The position numbers were made by a program, and so were the translations under genes. The notes beneath the pieces were generated by a model. That model saw only the letters and a list, made by a program, of their open reading frames with translations. It was not told the DNA's origin and searched no databases. Positions 1-12,263 of a DNA stretch of 64,000 nucleotides are shown here, one piece after another. The stretch comes from Octopus bimaculoides (taxonomy: Eukaryota). Within the stretch, counting starts at the first letter, position 1, and each line of letters begins with the position of its first letter. Location of the stretch: the NCBI RefSeq assembly GCF_001194135.2, contig NC_068998.1:26403340-26467339 (forward strand). The letters run 5' to 3'.

Positions 1-819
1 ATATATATATATATATAATATGCATAATAACAAAAGAATGAGACGTGCAGGGCTTTTATGAGATTGGGGTATAAAAATAGCCGACTGATTTTGATTGACA
101 ATTACGATTCGCCGTCATACTATCCTTGGTTTGCCCTCATTGTGCAACACGGTGTTTGTCTTCTATTATAATTCGCGTTTACTCTGAACTTGTCAAAGGG
201 GTAATTAGTAAACGGGGGCTGCATAAAAATGTTTTAGAAGCAGGAGGTTTTAGAACCATCAAGGGGTATACGAAATTAATATGAACCCTATCGGAATGAC
301 ACTAACAATGATTCCAAGGCTCAGCTATCCCATAGTTCCGCACAAAGTTTATGCAAAGGTTCAGTCTCTGTAGAATAATCAGCGACTTCGTGTAAAAGGT
401 TCCGTCGTTCGAACAAATAATACAACGATCGTTTAACGGGAAAAAAACTTCAAAAAAATTTCATCTTATATTAGTACATGTGCATGTAATGCTAAGACTG
501 TGTTACCATCTAAGTAACACTAGAGACAAGAGAAATACCGACCTACCGTCTTGTCTAACAAGTAGGGTATTACTTCATAGTTTCTCGTATAAGGGAGATA
601 GTTCTTGCTTCAATTTTTCAGGGCAATTGTTTCAAAGCAAATTAAACGAAGTAATATAATTATTACAAGGGAAACCAAAGTAAGCTAATTATATATATTG
701 TATTTGAAGACTCAGAATAAACAACACTTTAAATGAAATCAATTAGGAAAAAGTGAACAATTTTAAAGCAATAAGGAATATTTATTGGAAGAATTGATTT
801 GAAATTGTTCGAATGATTT

Positions 820-1022
820 TTAACAGCAGCAGTTTACACGTATACATAGATTTAGATATATACATACATATATGTATACATACATGCATACATACATACA
901 TAACTGCATGCATACATATATACATACATACATGCATACATACATACGTGCATGCATATATACATAAATAGATAATATATATACAAATTTACAAATACAC
1001 ATATACAAATAGGCATATATTC

Positions 1023-1080
<58 letters not shown>
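820..1080. repeat. (TACA)n/(TA)n microsatellite tract
   Basis: Direct reading: tacatacata repeats 843-975, then a pure (TA)n run 1026-1080. Confidence 0.95.
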
Positions 1081-1084
<4 letters not shown>

Positions 1085-2694
1085 TCCGTGCTGAGCGAGA
1101 GACAGAGACAGAGAGAGTGAGGGGAAAGAAGAAGATAGTGCCTTATATAAATATATGTGCATATACAAGTGTATATTTTTGTGTCTTTGTATTTGTGAAT
1201 GAGAAATCTTCAGCGTAGACGAATAGAAAATAAGAGAGAACTCGATACAGAGAATAGACAGAATATATTTATTAAGCAGAAACTTCAAAGTTCGTGACTG
1301 AGTTTTACTTCTCTAATTCCAGAACAAAACCTGTCATCTTAACTAAAGCTATCTTAGATGATTCACAATGCGTCGTTCATGTTCAAGTATAACAAAATGC
1401 AAGAAATAGGAATAGACAGGATGTGTGAGAAAATGATTTAGTGCAATACCTAGTGAGAAAAGAAATAAACTTCAATTTGAGAATATGCTCCAAATTGGCT
1501 TCTCAGTTATAGAAACATTTTGGTAATAAAAAATACTCTACAAATTAAAACAGAGAAGAGGTGGGTTAAGGTAAAACAAAGATTGAAACTTAGATTAAAA
1601 ATATCAGAATCTTCCCACTGGGAAATTTTTTACACAGATCCAGACCTTTCTCATGAAAATTACTTAGCAACTTGCTTCGATTTATATCAATAGTTAATAT
1701 GGATATTGTTCTTCGAATTGAAGTTATTCTCGTTCTGCAGCAAAGCAGAAATATTTTCCATAAAGCTAGTGTGACGACTTAGCTTCTTTTATTTGTTTGT
1801 GCGAAAGGAAGGATGGACCAGTTTATACTAAAATGACTGTCGCTATTTTACCCTAATCCCTAAATATGTTTCAGAAGTTCGGTATCAAATGAAATATTGT
1901 TCAAGTGTAATATTGTCTTAAATTCGTTTTCTGTCACTCTGGCGTAGCATTTTCTCTGTAAACTATCATTTAATTCTATCATGGTGCAGAATAGTAATGA
2001 AGTGGCAATACAATTTCTATGAAACAGGCAGTTATGAAAGAACTTACAATTGCACCTGCTATTAGTGATGGAATTACTATTATTTGACTGATCTTTGACA
2101 ATAATGAAATTAATAAACCTACTGAAATTTCAACTGGAAATTCAAGAAACTAAAATTGAATTCCCATTAAAGATAAGAGCTCTTTTGTCTTGTAAAATGA
2201 AGTTAGATTAGCTTAAATAATCCTTTCGCTATATTCGCAAGAACTATCAAGCCGAAAAATTGATTATACCACAGAAGTTTCTTATTTCTATTCCTACATT
2301 TAGGAGATAACGACCAAATGTTTCATTATAGAATTCCAAAGATATTGTAAAATCATTTAAAGTGTCTACGACTGAAGTTAGAGACAATCTGCAGCTAAAG
2401 CACTGGAGACTAAATTATGGAGCATATTTGCCAGATCATTAGAACCTTTATTTTTATGAAGTAACCTTTCATTGCGTTTGTGGTGAGGGAAGGATGTATT
2501 AGCTTACGTATAATGTTGTCCAGAAAAGTTTACTCTCAAAACTGGTTTTAAATTCTAATTCCCTCAACAGTGAAGTAACATCATTTAAGATTAATCTATA
2601 TTTTGTCCAAGTCGGTCGTCACAATAACACATCGTCTAATATTGGGAACTTTGCGTGCAACAAATTTAAAACACGTAAATTTGATTTCTCATAC

Positions 2695-2806
2695 CTCTGT
2701 GACATGGAAATCATCCATAGTGACAACAGACGAATTATTTATGTCCCTTTTCTCTGGGTTGTCTTCTCTAAAAACAATACAGACATCATATAGTTCAGAA
2801 TAACAT
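2695..2806 (-). CDS. Candidate internal exon of an unidentified gene (CYSELYDVCIVFREDNPEKRDINNSSVVTMDDFHVTE)
   Basis: Minus strand AAAGCAG|ATGTT acceptor (weak pyrimidine tract), 112-nt open frame and GAG|GTATGA donor. No recognised homology. Confidence 0.2.
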
Positions 2807-3244
2807 CTGCTTTGTTAATGGAAGAGTTTTATTCGCAAATGGTAAAACTTGTAGCAGTTACAATTTAGTGAAACAGGGATAGAAGTTCACATTACGAAGC
2901 TTTAAATATCAGTGATATTTAACCATTCCTAACTGAAAAGCTATTATTCCATAGCTAGTTTTTTTTTTTCTAACATTAAAATAAGATGTTCTTGATAAGT
3001 ATATCTACATCTGTGTTTTTGTGGGTTTGATCAACCCAGAGTCAATAGTGACGATAAATTACCATGTCTTATAAAATCAGTAAGGTCTAACCTTGGTCTA
3101 ACTCGTGAGAAGAAGCAAAAGAATTTCACTGGTATTATTTGCGGGAATCTGGAAATTGATGGTCTGAGAATCACTAGATTAACATACACTTAAAATGAAA
3201 TTATTCATATAATTCATGGGTGTGATTCTTTTTAAAATAGCACT

Positions 3245-3556
3245 CCTCGGTTCCGACCACGAAGGTTCCAGTTGATCCGATCAACGGAACACCCTGCTTG
3301 TGAAATTAACGTGAAAGTGGCTGAGCACTCCAGACATGCATACCTTTAACGTAGTTCTCAGGAAAATTCAGTTTTACACAAGATCAGACAAGGCTGGCCG
3401 ATTGAAATACAGGAACTACTCATTTTTGCTCGATGCGTGGACTAGAGCAACGTGAAATAAAGTGTTTTGTTCAAGGATACAATGTGCCACCGGGAATCGA
3501 ACTGACAGCTTTCCGATCGCGTGCCGAATATTCTAACCACTAAACCACGCACCTCC
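3245..3556 (-). mobile_element. tRNA-derived SINE, family C
   Basis: Minus strand starts GTGCGTGGTTTAGTGGTTAG (A box) ... GTTCGATTCCCGG (B box), followed by body motif GAACAAAACACTTTATTTCACGTTGCTCTAGT shared with the copies at 11571, 14960 and 15562. Confidence 0.85.
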
Positions 3557-4387
3557 ACAAGGCGCGATATGAAAGGGACAATTGTGTATTCAATCTCTGT
3601 AGTTTCTAGTAAAAAGATTTATAAAAACTAACATGAGATATTTTGAAGATACTGAGTATCTTTTATAAATATCTTTGTTTATTTTATAGAAAATATTTAT
3701 CTGATGAGAATAAACAGGAATCTTGCGATTAGCTAAAGAAAAATTAAATGTTTCTTTCGATGGTTATGGAATTTTGCTGTTTAGTTTCAGAAATGCAATA
3801 TTTCATAAGGGGTTAAATAAATCTTTTTCAAATAATTTGGGATGTTTAGATAGGCTTTTGTATGACTTAAAAACATATTTATCGACACTATCTGAAGCAC
3901 CTTTCCTATTATCAAAGACGTATCATTTCTATTTCATCCTTTTTACGAAGTTCTCTGTTTTCTCAAATAAAAACTTTATGTAATATTTCCCAGACGGTAC
4001 AGCAATATCTTAGTTTTAAAAATATAACGTAGATTGTTTCATATTCACATGATTAAATCCATTTTGTTACAGTTTACATGTTCGTTGATGGACAGACACG
4101 TCAAACGAAACACAATGACAAAACATTTTGAAGATATGAAAACTACCTGTCCTAAACTTATCACTGATTAATCAACAGTAACCGTCACCCGCCACAAAGT
4201 TTTCCATGATAATTCTGTTTTAGATATAAAATTTAATTCAACCTCATCCATGGCCTGAGAAGCAAATAATTATTTTCTCTCGGTGCTGCAAAAGAGCGCT
4301 TTCCTTCTATCTTGTTTGATTTCCAGAAAACGTATAGGAATCATTGTGTGAATATGAATAACAACTAGTACAAAGAAATCATCAACA

Positions 4388-4418
4388 ATGCAGAAATTTT
4401 CCATTCTATTGGCAACAG
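4388..4418 (+). CDS. Candidate first coding exon (MQKFSILLAT) within a 4327-4418 exon
   Basis: Strong pyrimidine tract and TTCCAG acceptor at 4326, ATG at 4388, CAG|GTGACG donor (phase 1). Short hydrophobic N-terminus; unverified. Confidence 0.25.
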
Positions 4419-4687
4419 GTGACGTTTCACTGTATCAATGTTTTGGATTCGGTGCCTCTAAGCATAAGACAACAAAAAATTGAAATAAGAGACATAAAAT
4501 AAGATTCGGAATCAGAATGTCGAAATCGATTGCGGAAAGAGACTTATGGGCAAGACAGTTGCTTTATTTCTCAAACGCGCTTTGTCCTGGCATTCTTCAG
4601 ACTTTTTTTTTCCAGTCGATAAATATTTAACATGACTTTTTTTAATTCACAGAATACTTCTAATACTATACTATATATAAACTATAC

Positions 4688-4829
4688 TAGATAGATAGAT
4701 AGATAGATAGAGAGATAGATAGATCAGTAGTTAGGTAGGTAGGTAGGTAGGTAGGTAGGTAAGTAGATGTGTGTGTATGTGTGTAGTTGCGCATGCATAT
4801 GTGTATGTAAGTTTTATGCATGTGTGTTT

Positions 4830-4874
<45 letters not shown>

Positions 4875-4912
4875 TGTGGGTGTGGGTGTGGGTGTGCGCG
4901 CGCGCGCGTGTG
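4688..4912. repeat. Compound (AGAT)n/(AGGT)n/(TG)n/(CG)n microsatellite
   Basis: Direct reading. Confidence 0.95.
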
Positions 4913-5087
4913 TTTGTGACTATTGAATTACTTAGCTGCATACATTACCGTTTTATGGTGTTCAGGATGATCAATAAATGACAACTATGCGTAGAAATAC
5001 TCGTAAACGTGCATGGAAACAATATACAAATATGTCTGAAGCAAATTTCAGTCGTGATAGGTTTTAGCATTTAATACAGAAACTCTC

Positions 5088-5130
5088 TCTATATAAAAGC
5101 TGCGCGAGTAGTTGAAAGCATGTCAGTGTT
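5088..5130 (+). promoter_or_regulatory. Possible TATA box plus initiator
   Basis: CTATATAAAAG at about 5089-5099 and TCAGT about 30 nt downstream at 5123-5127. Motif spacing is the only evidence. Confidence 0.2.
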
Positions 5131-5167
5131 GAGACGACACGTGTGTATTTCTATTTTTCTCGAACAG

Positions 5168-5298
5168 TAACAATTGGTAGACGTCTTTCAGACGGATCTT
5201 ATGGAATTAATCACAATTGTTTACAGAGGGGAATTCAACGAACTGAACGAATGTGTAGGAATTTGATGCGAACCAAATCAATACTTTCACACAACCAG
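5168..5298 (+). CDS. Candidate exon (V-TIGRRLSDGSYGINHNCLQRGIQRTERMCRNLMRTKSILSHNQ)
   Basis: TATTTTTCTCGAACAG acceptor and CAG|GTAATT donor; 131 nt, open in phase 1, compatible with the 4388-4418 exon. No homology recognised. Confidence 0.25.
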
Positions 5299-5749
5299 GT
5301 AATTTCTATAAACTGTATATTAAAGAAATAAATGCTAATGAGGGTAACATGTTGCCATTAAGACTATATGTTCTTCTGGTTTAAACAGATGATGATGATG
5401 ATGAGGAGGAGGAGGAGGAGGAGGAGGAGGAAGATAGGGAAGAGAATAACGTTGTTTTGCTAAAAATTGATATTGTTTGATGGTGCCGAAGGTAGTAAAT
5501 ATAATTGTAGCATGGGCTCAAAGCCATACATGTAGGGAGAAGGTTTAGTCGAGTTAATCAATATTTTATCCGTTCTTTTTTTTTTTTGTCTTTGTCCATT
5601 CTGAATGATTAAAGGTGGTACAGTTAAAACTTAGATATAAATAAACGTATCCTGAATACTACATGATCATTTTTTTCTCTATCTCTCAACCGAATATTCC
5701 ACGACACCACCCAAATAACAACAACGATGGTAAGAACAAATGGTGTAGC

Positions 5750-6400
5750 ATCAACATGAATAGATGAACGCTATTAGTTAGAAATTATGATGGTACAAGA
5801 GCTGGGCAATTTCTTTTTAATTCTCGGACATAAACGAAAATAAACTGTTAGAAAATAAAATCTAAATAGCAGGAATCCGATACCTGCTATTAACGCATTT
5901 GTAGTTGCAGCCATAAAATATGGCTTTGTAAACTATGACTCTATGAACAGGAACGAACAGAGTTAGATTTTATTAACCGTAATACGAGAAGCCTAGCGCC
6001 AAATCACCACCCATACACAATTTGTCTGACACCTAATTGTACATGAAAAGGTGGTATGAGATTATTGAATGTCAATGATTATTTAAGACCCATTAGTAAT
6101 GCTGCTTACAATCTTTCCAATTAACACAGACAGCCTCCTACCGTACCCTTCTTGGTCGGGATCGCACAAGCAATAGCAAATCAATTATTGCTGCAGAACA
6201 AAATTCCTCCAAAATAAAATATAGGCATAAGTCAGTAGCAACAAATAATATATTAATGGTATTAGTTGCGAACGAGGGAAAAAAACTAACTGTGGCTTTG
6301 ATTATCATAAAAGGAGAGTCACAATATTGGCCCTTTGTGAATGAACTACCAACACTAAACAAGTTCCTATCAAAGAGAAAGTAAAGTTACCTGGGCAGTG
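5750..6400 (+). mobile_element. Highly decayed R4/Dong-like (RLE) LINE fragment, post-RT region
   Basis: Frameshifted translation gives AINAFVVAAIKYGF, ELDFINRNTR..HHP, KGGMRLLNV and ELPT, matching the AIN.YAVP..YSFG / LDRKTR / GGRGL / QEQE.PT motifs of RLE LINEs. Confidence 0.55.
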
Positions 6401-7004
6401 TTGTTTTGATACAATGCATTGCATTATATCAAAGAGTTTTAAGTTTTAACATTCACATTACTCTGTCAAATGTAATACTTAGTTATTCGCATTGTTTTAA
6501 ATTAATCATACATTATTTCAGAGCTTGAGATTTTGGTGATAAAATATTTCTTTTTAGAAAGAAATTGTAAAGTAGGCGCAAGAAGCCAGATCTGACTACT
6601 TTGAACATAGGACAGGTAGAATATTTTGGCCAGTTATGGCCGTTTTTAATGCTAAAGGGTAAAACTTGCTCCGACAGAATATACTTGAAGACTCAGTAAT
6701 GGAGCACATAGAAAACGATGAGTGAAAATACTACGTGACTTTAGCATGCAGACAGACCACTGAACAGCACATAATAAACTTCACTTTATTTTCCATAATA
6801 ATAATAACCAAAGTGTACTTGTTATATAAATAGTAATACTAATTGATATAATTATTATATAAATATTATATAATTCTGTGCAACAGCGAGTTGAAAAGCA
6901 AACAAATTACACGGACCTACCTGTTGAACTAAAACATTGTGGCAGCAAAGGAATGTTGTTATAATTCTATTTGGATTTGGATTTGCAACGCTAGAAGAAT
7001 ACAA

Positions 7005-7125
7005 AGGGCGGTGAACTAGCGGAGCAGTTAAAGTATGAGACTAGCTCAGTTATTGCGCCTCCTTGTATTCTGAATTCAAATATTCCACATTATCATAATG
7101 TGACTCGCATCCTTTGTTGTGAAAA
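7005..7125 (+). mobile_element. Degenerate SINE, family A
   Basis: AAAGGGCGGTGAACTAGCGGAG...TTCTGAATTCAAAT resembles the 5' part of the family A copies at 54582-55240. Confidence 0.4.
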
Positions 7126-7649
7126 GTCGTCTACATCCCGGATCGCCTTCAGTAAATATTCATTTCAATTTTTAACACCGGTACCTCACATGATACTGTG
7201 TAGTGCTCCAACAATTATTCCCTTGGGTTTTTCCCAACATTAGAAAAGTTGCCATAAAATTTTCTTCTAATTTGCCAATAAATTTCATAGAAGAAACGCT
7301 GCTCTCCTTTATCCTTGATATTGAACTTTCGACAAATTTTCAGTCGTACAAAACATAAGCTTACTTTAGTATGTCTAGATTCTGCAAAAGTGAGGAGGAT
7401 GCGTCTTCTGGGTAAACAAGGTGTTTTATAGTTCGGTTTCTGTTACTACAAGCCTGGTATATATATTGTCTTCTGACATGATACTCTACTTCTCTGTCCA
7501 GCAACACACTTTCAGCCTTATATATTCCAACCACTATAACTATCTTTATTTGAAATGTCCACAAACAGAATGGACGAAAGCAGTTATGTGTAAGTTAGAG
7601 ATATCTAATATATTTAAATGAAATATTTAATTGTATATACATATATTCA

Positions 7650-7651
<2 letters not shown>

Positions 7652-7736
<85 letters not shown>

Positions 7737-7756
7737 ACGCGCGTTCGTGTGTGTGT
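7652..7756. repeat. (TG)n microsatellite
   Basis: Direct reading. Confidence 0.95.
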
Positions 7757-7980
7757 TCACATCCATATATTAGCCTTCTCACCTATCCAGTGGGATAGCA
7801 TCATTCCAAATCTGAAACGATGAGAAGCACTTTGTGCCCAGCGATGTATAACAACATCGTATAATCTGGTCAATAACTTGATGCCGTGATATATACATAT
7901 ATAGACACACACATATACACACAGATATATTTTAGCAAGTGGTATTATATACCCTACCTAATCTTAACTTACTATATATA

Positions 7981-8700
7981 TATGGTTAAATCTCTCATAC
8001 ATGAGGCAGAAGTTACTGCAACGCTAGAAGATGATACAACAGATAACAAGACCTATATTGGATTAAGTGAAGGAGAATTTAAAAATCGCTATGCCAATCA
8101 CATACCCTCCTTCTGACATAAGGTCAAAAGCAGAGTCACTCAGTTGGCTAGCCACGTATGAAGTTTGAAATCTAACCCAAAACCATATATGATTAAGTGG
8201 AAATAACTAAAAAAATCCATACCTTATGTTAATAGATCAAATACATGGATCAAATAAATGGATCAAATAAATATAAGCTAAGCTTAGCTGAAAGAGCTCA
8301 GAAACTTTTCAGATCTAAGATTCTTAACTCATTTCTGAGTTCTTGGTCTGAAATTTTCAGCGGTTGTAAACATATGTCTAAGTACATTTTGAAGAACTGG
8401 GAAATTCTGCCAATACATTCGTCCATTTTTTACATTTTACTTTTTACATTTTCACTTGCAGTTTTTCGTTTTCCGTTTTTCAACCTTCCACGTTTTCTAT
8501 ATACTTCCTTCTCAACTCATCGCGTTTCCACTTTCATTCAATTTTTAGTTTGTTATGATATGTGGTTTGTGCCTGATGAATATTTGTTGAGGTATTTCTC
8601 AATATATGAAACTCTTAATAGCACACAAAACCATGTTTTGTGTCTATTAAATAATATTTATCTCTCTCCAAATGGAGTACTGTTTTTGCTGATCTTGCCA
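7981..8700 (+). mobile_element. Penelope-like element 3' remnant: GIY-YIG endonuclease C-terminal half, ORF end and pLTR-like tail
   Basis: Translation SLIHEAEV...KTYIGLSEGEFKNRYANH..SF, then with stops TQLASHV*SLK..IKWK, and SEIFSGCKHMSKYIL. These match PLE GIY-YIG and C-terminal motifs; a hammerhead-like motif follows at 8563-8633. Confidence 0.85.
8563..8633 (+). ncRNA. Degenerate type I hammerhead ribozyme in the Penelope tail
   Basis: GTGC / CTGATGA (8573-8579) / stem II ATAT..TTGAG-gtattt-CTCAA.ATAT / GAAA (8608-8611) / CTCTTAA / TA / GCAC. Stem III is mismatched. Confidence 0.65.
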
Positions 8701-8714
8701 TCACAGAACTGTAC

Positions 8715-8717
<3 letters not shown>

Positions 8718-8798
<81 letters not shown>

Positions 8799-8814
8799 TG
8801 TCTGTTTGTGTCTG

Positions 8815-8883
<69 letters not shown>

Positions 8884-8895
8884 GCCTGTCTGTGT
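8718..8895. repeat. (TG)n plus (TCTG)n microsatellite
   Basis: Direct reading. Confidence 0.95.
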
Positions 8896-8939
8896 ACGTG
8901 CATAAATATACATGTTTTATTTCCTTTCTTAATTTAGAA

Positions 8940-9700
8940 TAGATTTTGATCGGCCACCTACTTGGTAACAAAATTCTGAATGAAAGCCTCTTGTTTTAAT
9001 CATCATCCTTTAAGTCTTAAGAAGGTCTTGCAGATGTTTATAGTCCCAGATATCGTGATCATTTGTAGTGTATGAATTAAGGGTATTCCTTGTCCCTCCA
9101 AGATCCCAAGTTCAGACATACTTTGCTCATGACAAGTTGATATGTATCCCGTTGCTCCTGTAATAAAAGTGTATCTCAGGTAGTGGATTAGCAAACTCCT
9201 TATCAATGTCCCGATGTCCTCTTTCTCTCGCAATTTTGTAAGCACATTGGTATCCAGAGGACAGCTGATTTCCACAGCAGAACATACCATTTCCTTGTCC
9301 CACACAACAATACTGGATAGGGTGCGTTTTAACTTGGTTTCAATATCGTGACCTTCGTCCGTATGTGTTTTCTTTTTTGTTATCCTGTTCCAGATAGTTC
9401 TGGCCATCGCATCACGCCTCATGGGAAGATAATATCGGAAAGACATTCTCTCGCAGTTGGCAATAATGGGACGATATCTTCCCTCTTGGTCTTGCACAAC
9501 ATACATTTGTTGTCTGTCAACATTTTCTGCCCTTTCAGCTGCAGGTAGTTGGTTGGGATCTCTTGTTCTTGAATTGCATGGAAGTAGCCTTTGATGTCAA
9601 ATTCTACGGTTTGTATTGTATATGCCAAGTACACATGTACTACTTCAGTGAGCTGGTCTATTTTTTCTGTACTTCTAAAAGATAAATTTTAACCACGCTC
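8940..9700 (-). mobile_element. R4/Dong-like RLE LINE 3' remnant (CCHC knuckle and restriction-like endonuclease), frameshifted
   Basis: ORFs 9419-9634 (GYFHAIQEQEIPT..DNKCMLCK..EDI) and 9003-9506 (YLPMRRDAMAR..IVVWDKE..VEISCP..GATG..LQMITISGT). The catalytic PD motif before IVVWD appears deleted. Confidence 0.85.
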
Positions 9701-9764
9701 CTTATTGGTGAGAGATCTGTACCAGCTCTTATCTACCAACACTCCTCATGTTCATGCAAATATG

Positions 9765-9968
9765 TATGCACGTATGTATGTATGTATGTATGTATGTATG
9801 AATATACGTATGTATGTGCGTATGTATGTACGTACATACGTATGTATTTATGTATATATGTGTGTATGCATGTATGTATGTATGTATGTATGTATGAATA
9901 TACCTATGTAAGCGCGTATGTATGTACGTACATACGTATGTATGTATGTATGAATGTATGTATGTATG
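9765..9968. repeat. (TATG)n microsatellite
   Basis: Direct reading. Confidence 0.95.
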
Positions 9969-11355
9969 CAGGCTAGTTCAATATTCGATTATTTTTAAGT
10001 ACAGCTTATTTCAAAGCAATCATATATATATATATATGAAAATGAAAAAAAGCCAGAATGCTGAACTGGAAGCTTATTTTAATAAAGATTTCTTCTAACC
10101 GGTTTTCATTGCGAAAAAGCAAATTATCAAGAAGAAGGAGAATGAAAATATTTTTTTACAAAGAAGTACAAAATGAAGAAAATAATATATAAAACAATAA
10201 TATATAAAAAAATAAATATACCCATACATTATATTGTCTTTGAGCTTTTGTAGTTCAATAGTAGTTCATGTATAAACTGGTAGGAAAAATAAGGATGCNN
10301 NNNNNNNNNNNNNNNNNNNNNNNNNNNNNNNNNNNNNNNNNNNNNNNNNNNNNNNNNNNNNNNNNNNNNNNNNNNNNNNNNNNNNNNNNNNNNNNNNNNN
10401 NNNNNATATATATATTTATATATATATATATATATATATATTTCTATGAAACTATCTAATCACAATATGTATATAATGTAACATCTATAGCTATACAAAT
10501 AAGTTAAACAATATGTCAGACCACGCACTCATCATATGTTCCATTATATTGAAGTATGTACATTCATATGCAATTGTAGAATTAAACTTTAAATGTAGAC
10601 TAGAATTTGGTCATATTGAAGTAATCTTTCAAACATTAAACGCGAATTAACATGTGCACAAAACTATCACGACTAAATGTATGACCACTTTCTCAAAATC
10701 GTGATTATAACTAGAGTACACAAAGGATTTACTGCCTCAAAAAAAGAATTATATACACAATTTTAGCCTAAATATTTTAGTTTTGTGAAAACTGTGGAAT
10801 ATGAAACATCTAGAACTAAATTTAAGCCGCAGCCCCTTATGTAACATAATAATCAAATGTAAAAGGATACATTCATCAGGAAATTTCGAAACCAACAAAC
10901 TTAAGCAGTCGTAAGCAAATTGCCATAAAGAGATACACGCTATTATATTATAAATTTACATACCATACGTAATGCAATGCAACCGATGCGTTCTTATGTG
11001 GTCAACGACAATTCGCCACAAATTCAAACTTTCTTTGAACGAAAAGATGAATACCGAAGTCTTTCTCACATCTTAAAAGTGTTATGATGCAACAAGTACA
11101 AACATGTTAACTTCAATGACTGTTCATTCAAATCGACTAAATGAAAAGCGCCTTCCTCCTCGAATTTAATGTAGTAAGCGAAATAGCAGGAAATTACCTA
11201 AATGGTACCCAAGCAAAAGGTTTAAAACAATATTATACGAGTCTCTAACTGTCCTAATGTCTGTGACTTCAAACATAATGTTAACTTATTGCAAGGAGAT
11301 GAAGCTACACAATCATTATACAAGAAACGTGTGAATGTGTGTGCGCGCGCATGCC

Positions 11356-11397
<42 letters not shown>

Positions 11398-11570
11398 CAC
11401 GCGCGTGCTCTGTGTGTGTTTGTGTGCGTGAAAGAGTGTGTTCTGTGTCTGTGTGTGAGTGAGTATGTACGTGTGTGTGAAAGTGTATGTGTGTGAGTGT
11501 GTATGTGTGTATGTGTGTGTATGTGTGTGAGTGTGTATGTGTGTGTGAGTGTGTATGTATGTGTGAAAGT

Positions 11571-11850
11571 GCATGGTTTAGTGGTTAGGGTGTTATTGTC
11601 CCGATTGCCAGATCGTGGTTTCCATTCCCAGACCAGACGTTGCGTTGTGTTCTTCAGCAAAACACGTCGTTCCACGTTACTCTGCGACCATTTCGGCATC
11701 TGATATGAGACGCGTCGTGCACCAGTACAGGTGATGTAGATTTGATGGAGGGATTGAGCTTATGTGAACACAAACACTTGATCACTATAAACAAATCAAC
11801 TACATGGCTTTTCAGCAAGAATTTGCAGAATCCGCATATGTTGTATATAC
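11571..11850 (+). mobile_element. tRNA-derived SINE, family C
   Basis: GTGCATGGTTTAGTGGTTAGGG head, degenerate B box, and TGTGTTCTTCAGCAAAACACG..CACGTT body shared with other family C copies. Confidence 0.8.
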
Positions 11851-11983
11851 ACAATATGTGCATGTATATATATATATATATATATATATATTGAAATAAT
11901 TTAGATTCAGTTGAATTAAGTACTTGAGTTAGAGCGCCAAGTCAGTGCGGTATTGTCGGTACAACTCAAAGTAAGGTGAATAA

Positions 11984-12263
11984 AATCAAAATAATTGACA
12001 GCATATCAAGGGGTGATGCAGTACGGCCGTTTCAAACGACTCCATTTAATTGGACAATGCAATAATTACATCAATTTAACTCCAGGGCTATCCTCAGCTG
12101 CATAAATATTAGAGAATTTTAGTAAAATTATATTAAAGTGTCGAACTGATTTTAAAAAACCCTGCATTTAAATTGATGTAATGATTGCATTGTTCCATTA
12201 AATTGTGCCGCTTGAAACGGTCGTACTGCATCACCTCTTGATATCCTGTTGATTATTTTGATT
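11984..12263. mobile_element. Foldback/MITE-like element with about 100-bp inverted arms
   Basis: 11984-12087 is the imperfect reverse complement of 12158-12263 (e.g. ATATCAAGGGGTGATGCAGTACGGCCGTTTCAA vs TTGAAACGGTCGTACTGCATCACCTCTTGATAT); spacer about 70 bp. Confidence 0.8.

Noticed and set aside
500-556. Two adjacent small hairpins (7 bp and 8 bp)
   Set aside because: Short enough to arise by chance; no recognisable RNA motif.
6130-6384. 84-codon plus-strand frame as a third host exon (and antisense ORF 6138-6362)
   Set aside because: It continues the decayed R4-like LINE fragment (ELPT motif after GG.RLLNV), so TE origin is the simpler explanation.
7230-7564. Overlapping minus-strand open frames of 67-71 aa
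   Set aside because: No convincing acceptor, no homology recognised, and the frames are mutually incompatible.
8245-8937. 230-aa ORF as a gene
   Set aside because: Only the first 55 or so residues reflect the Penelope C-terminus; the rest is UTR and (TG)n/(TCTG)n.
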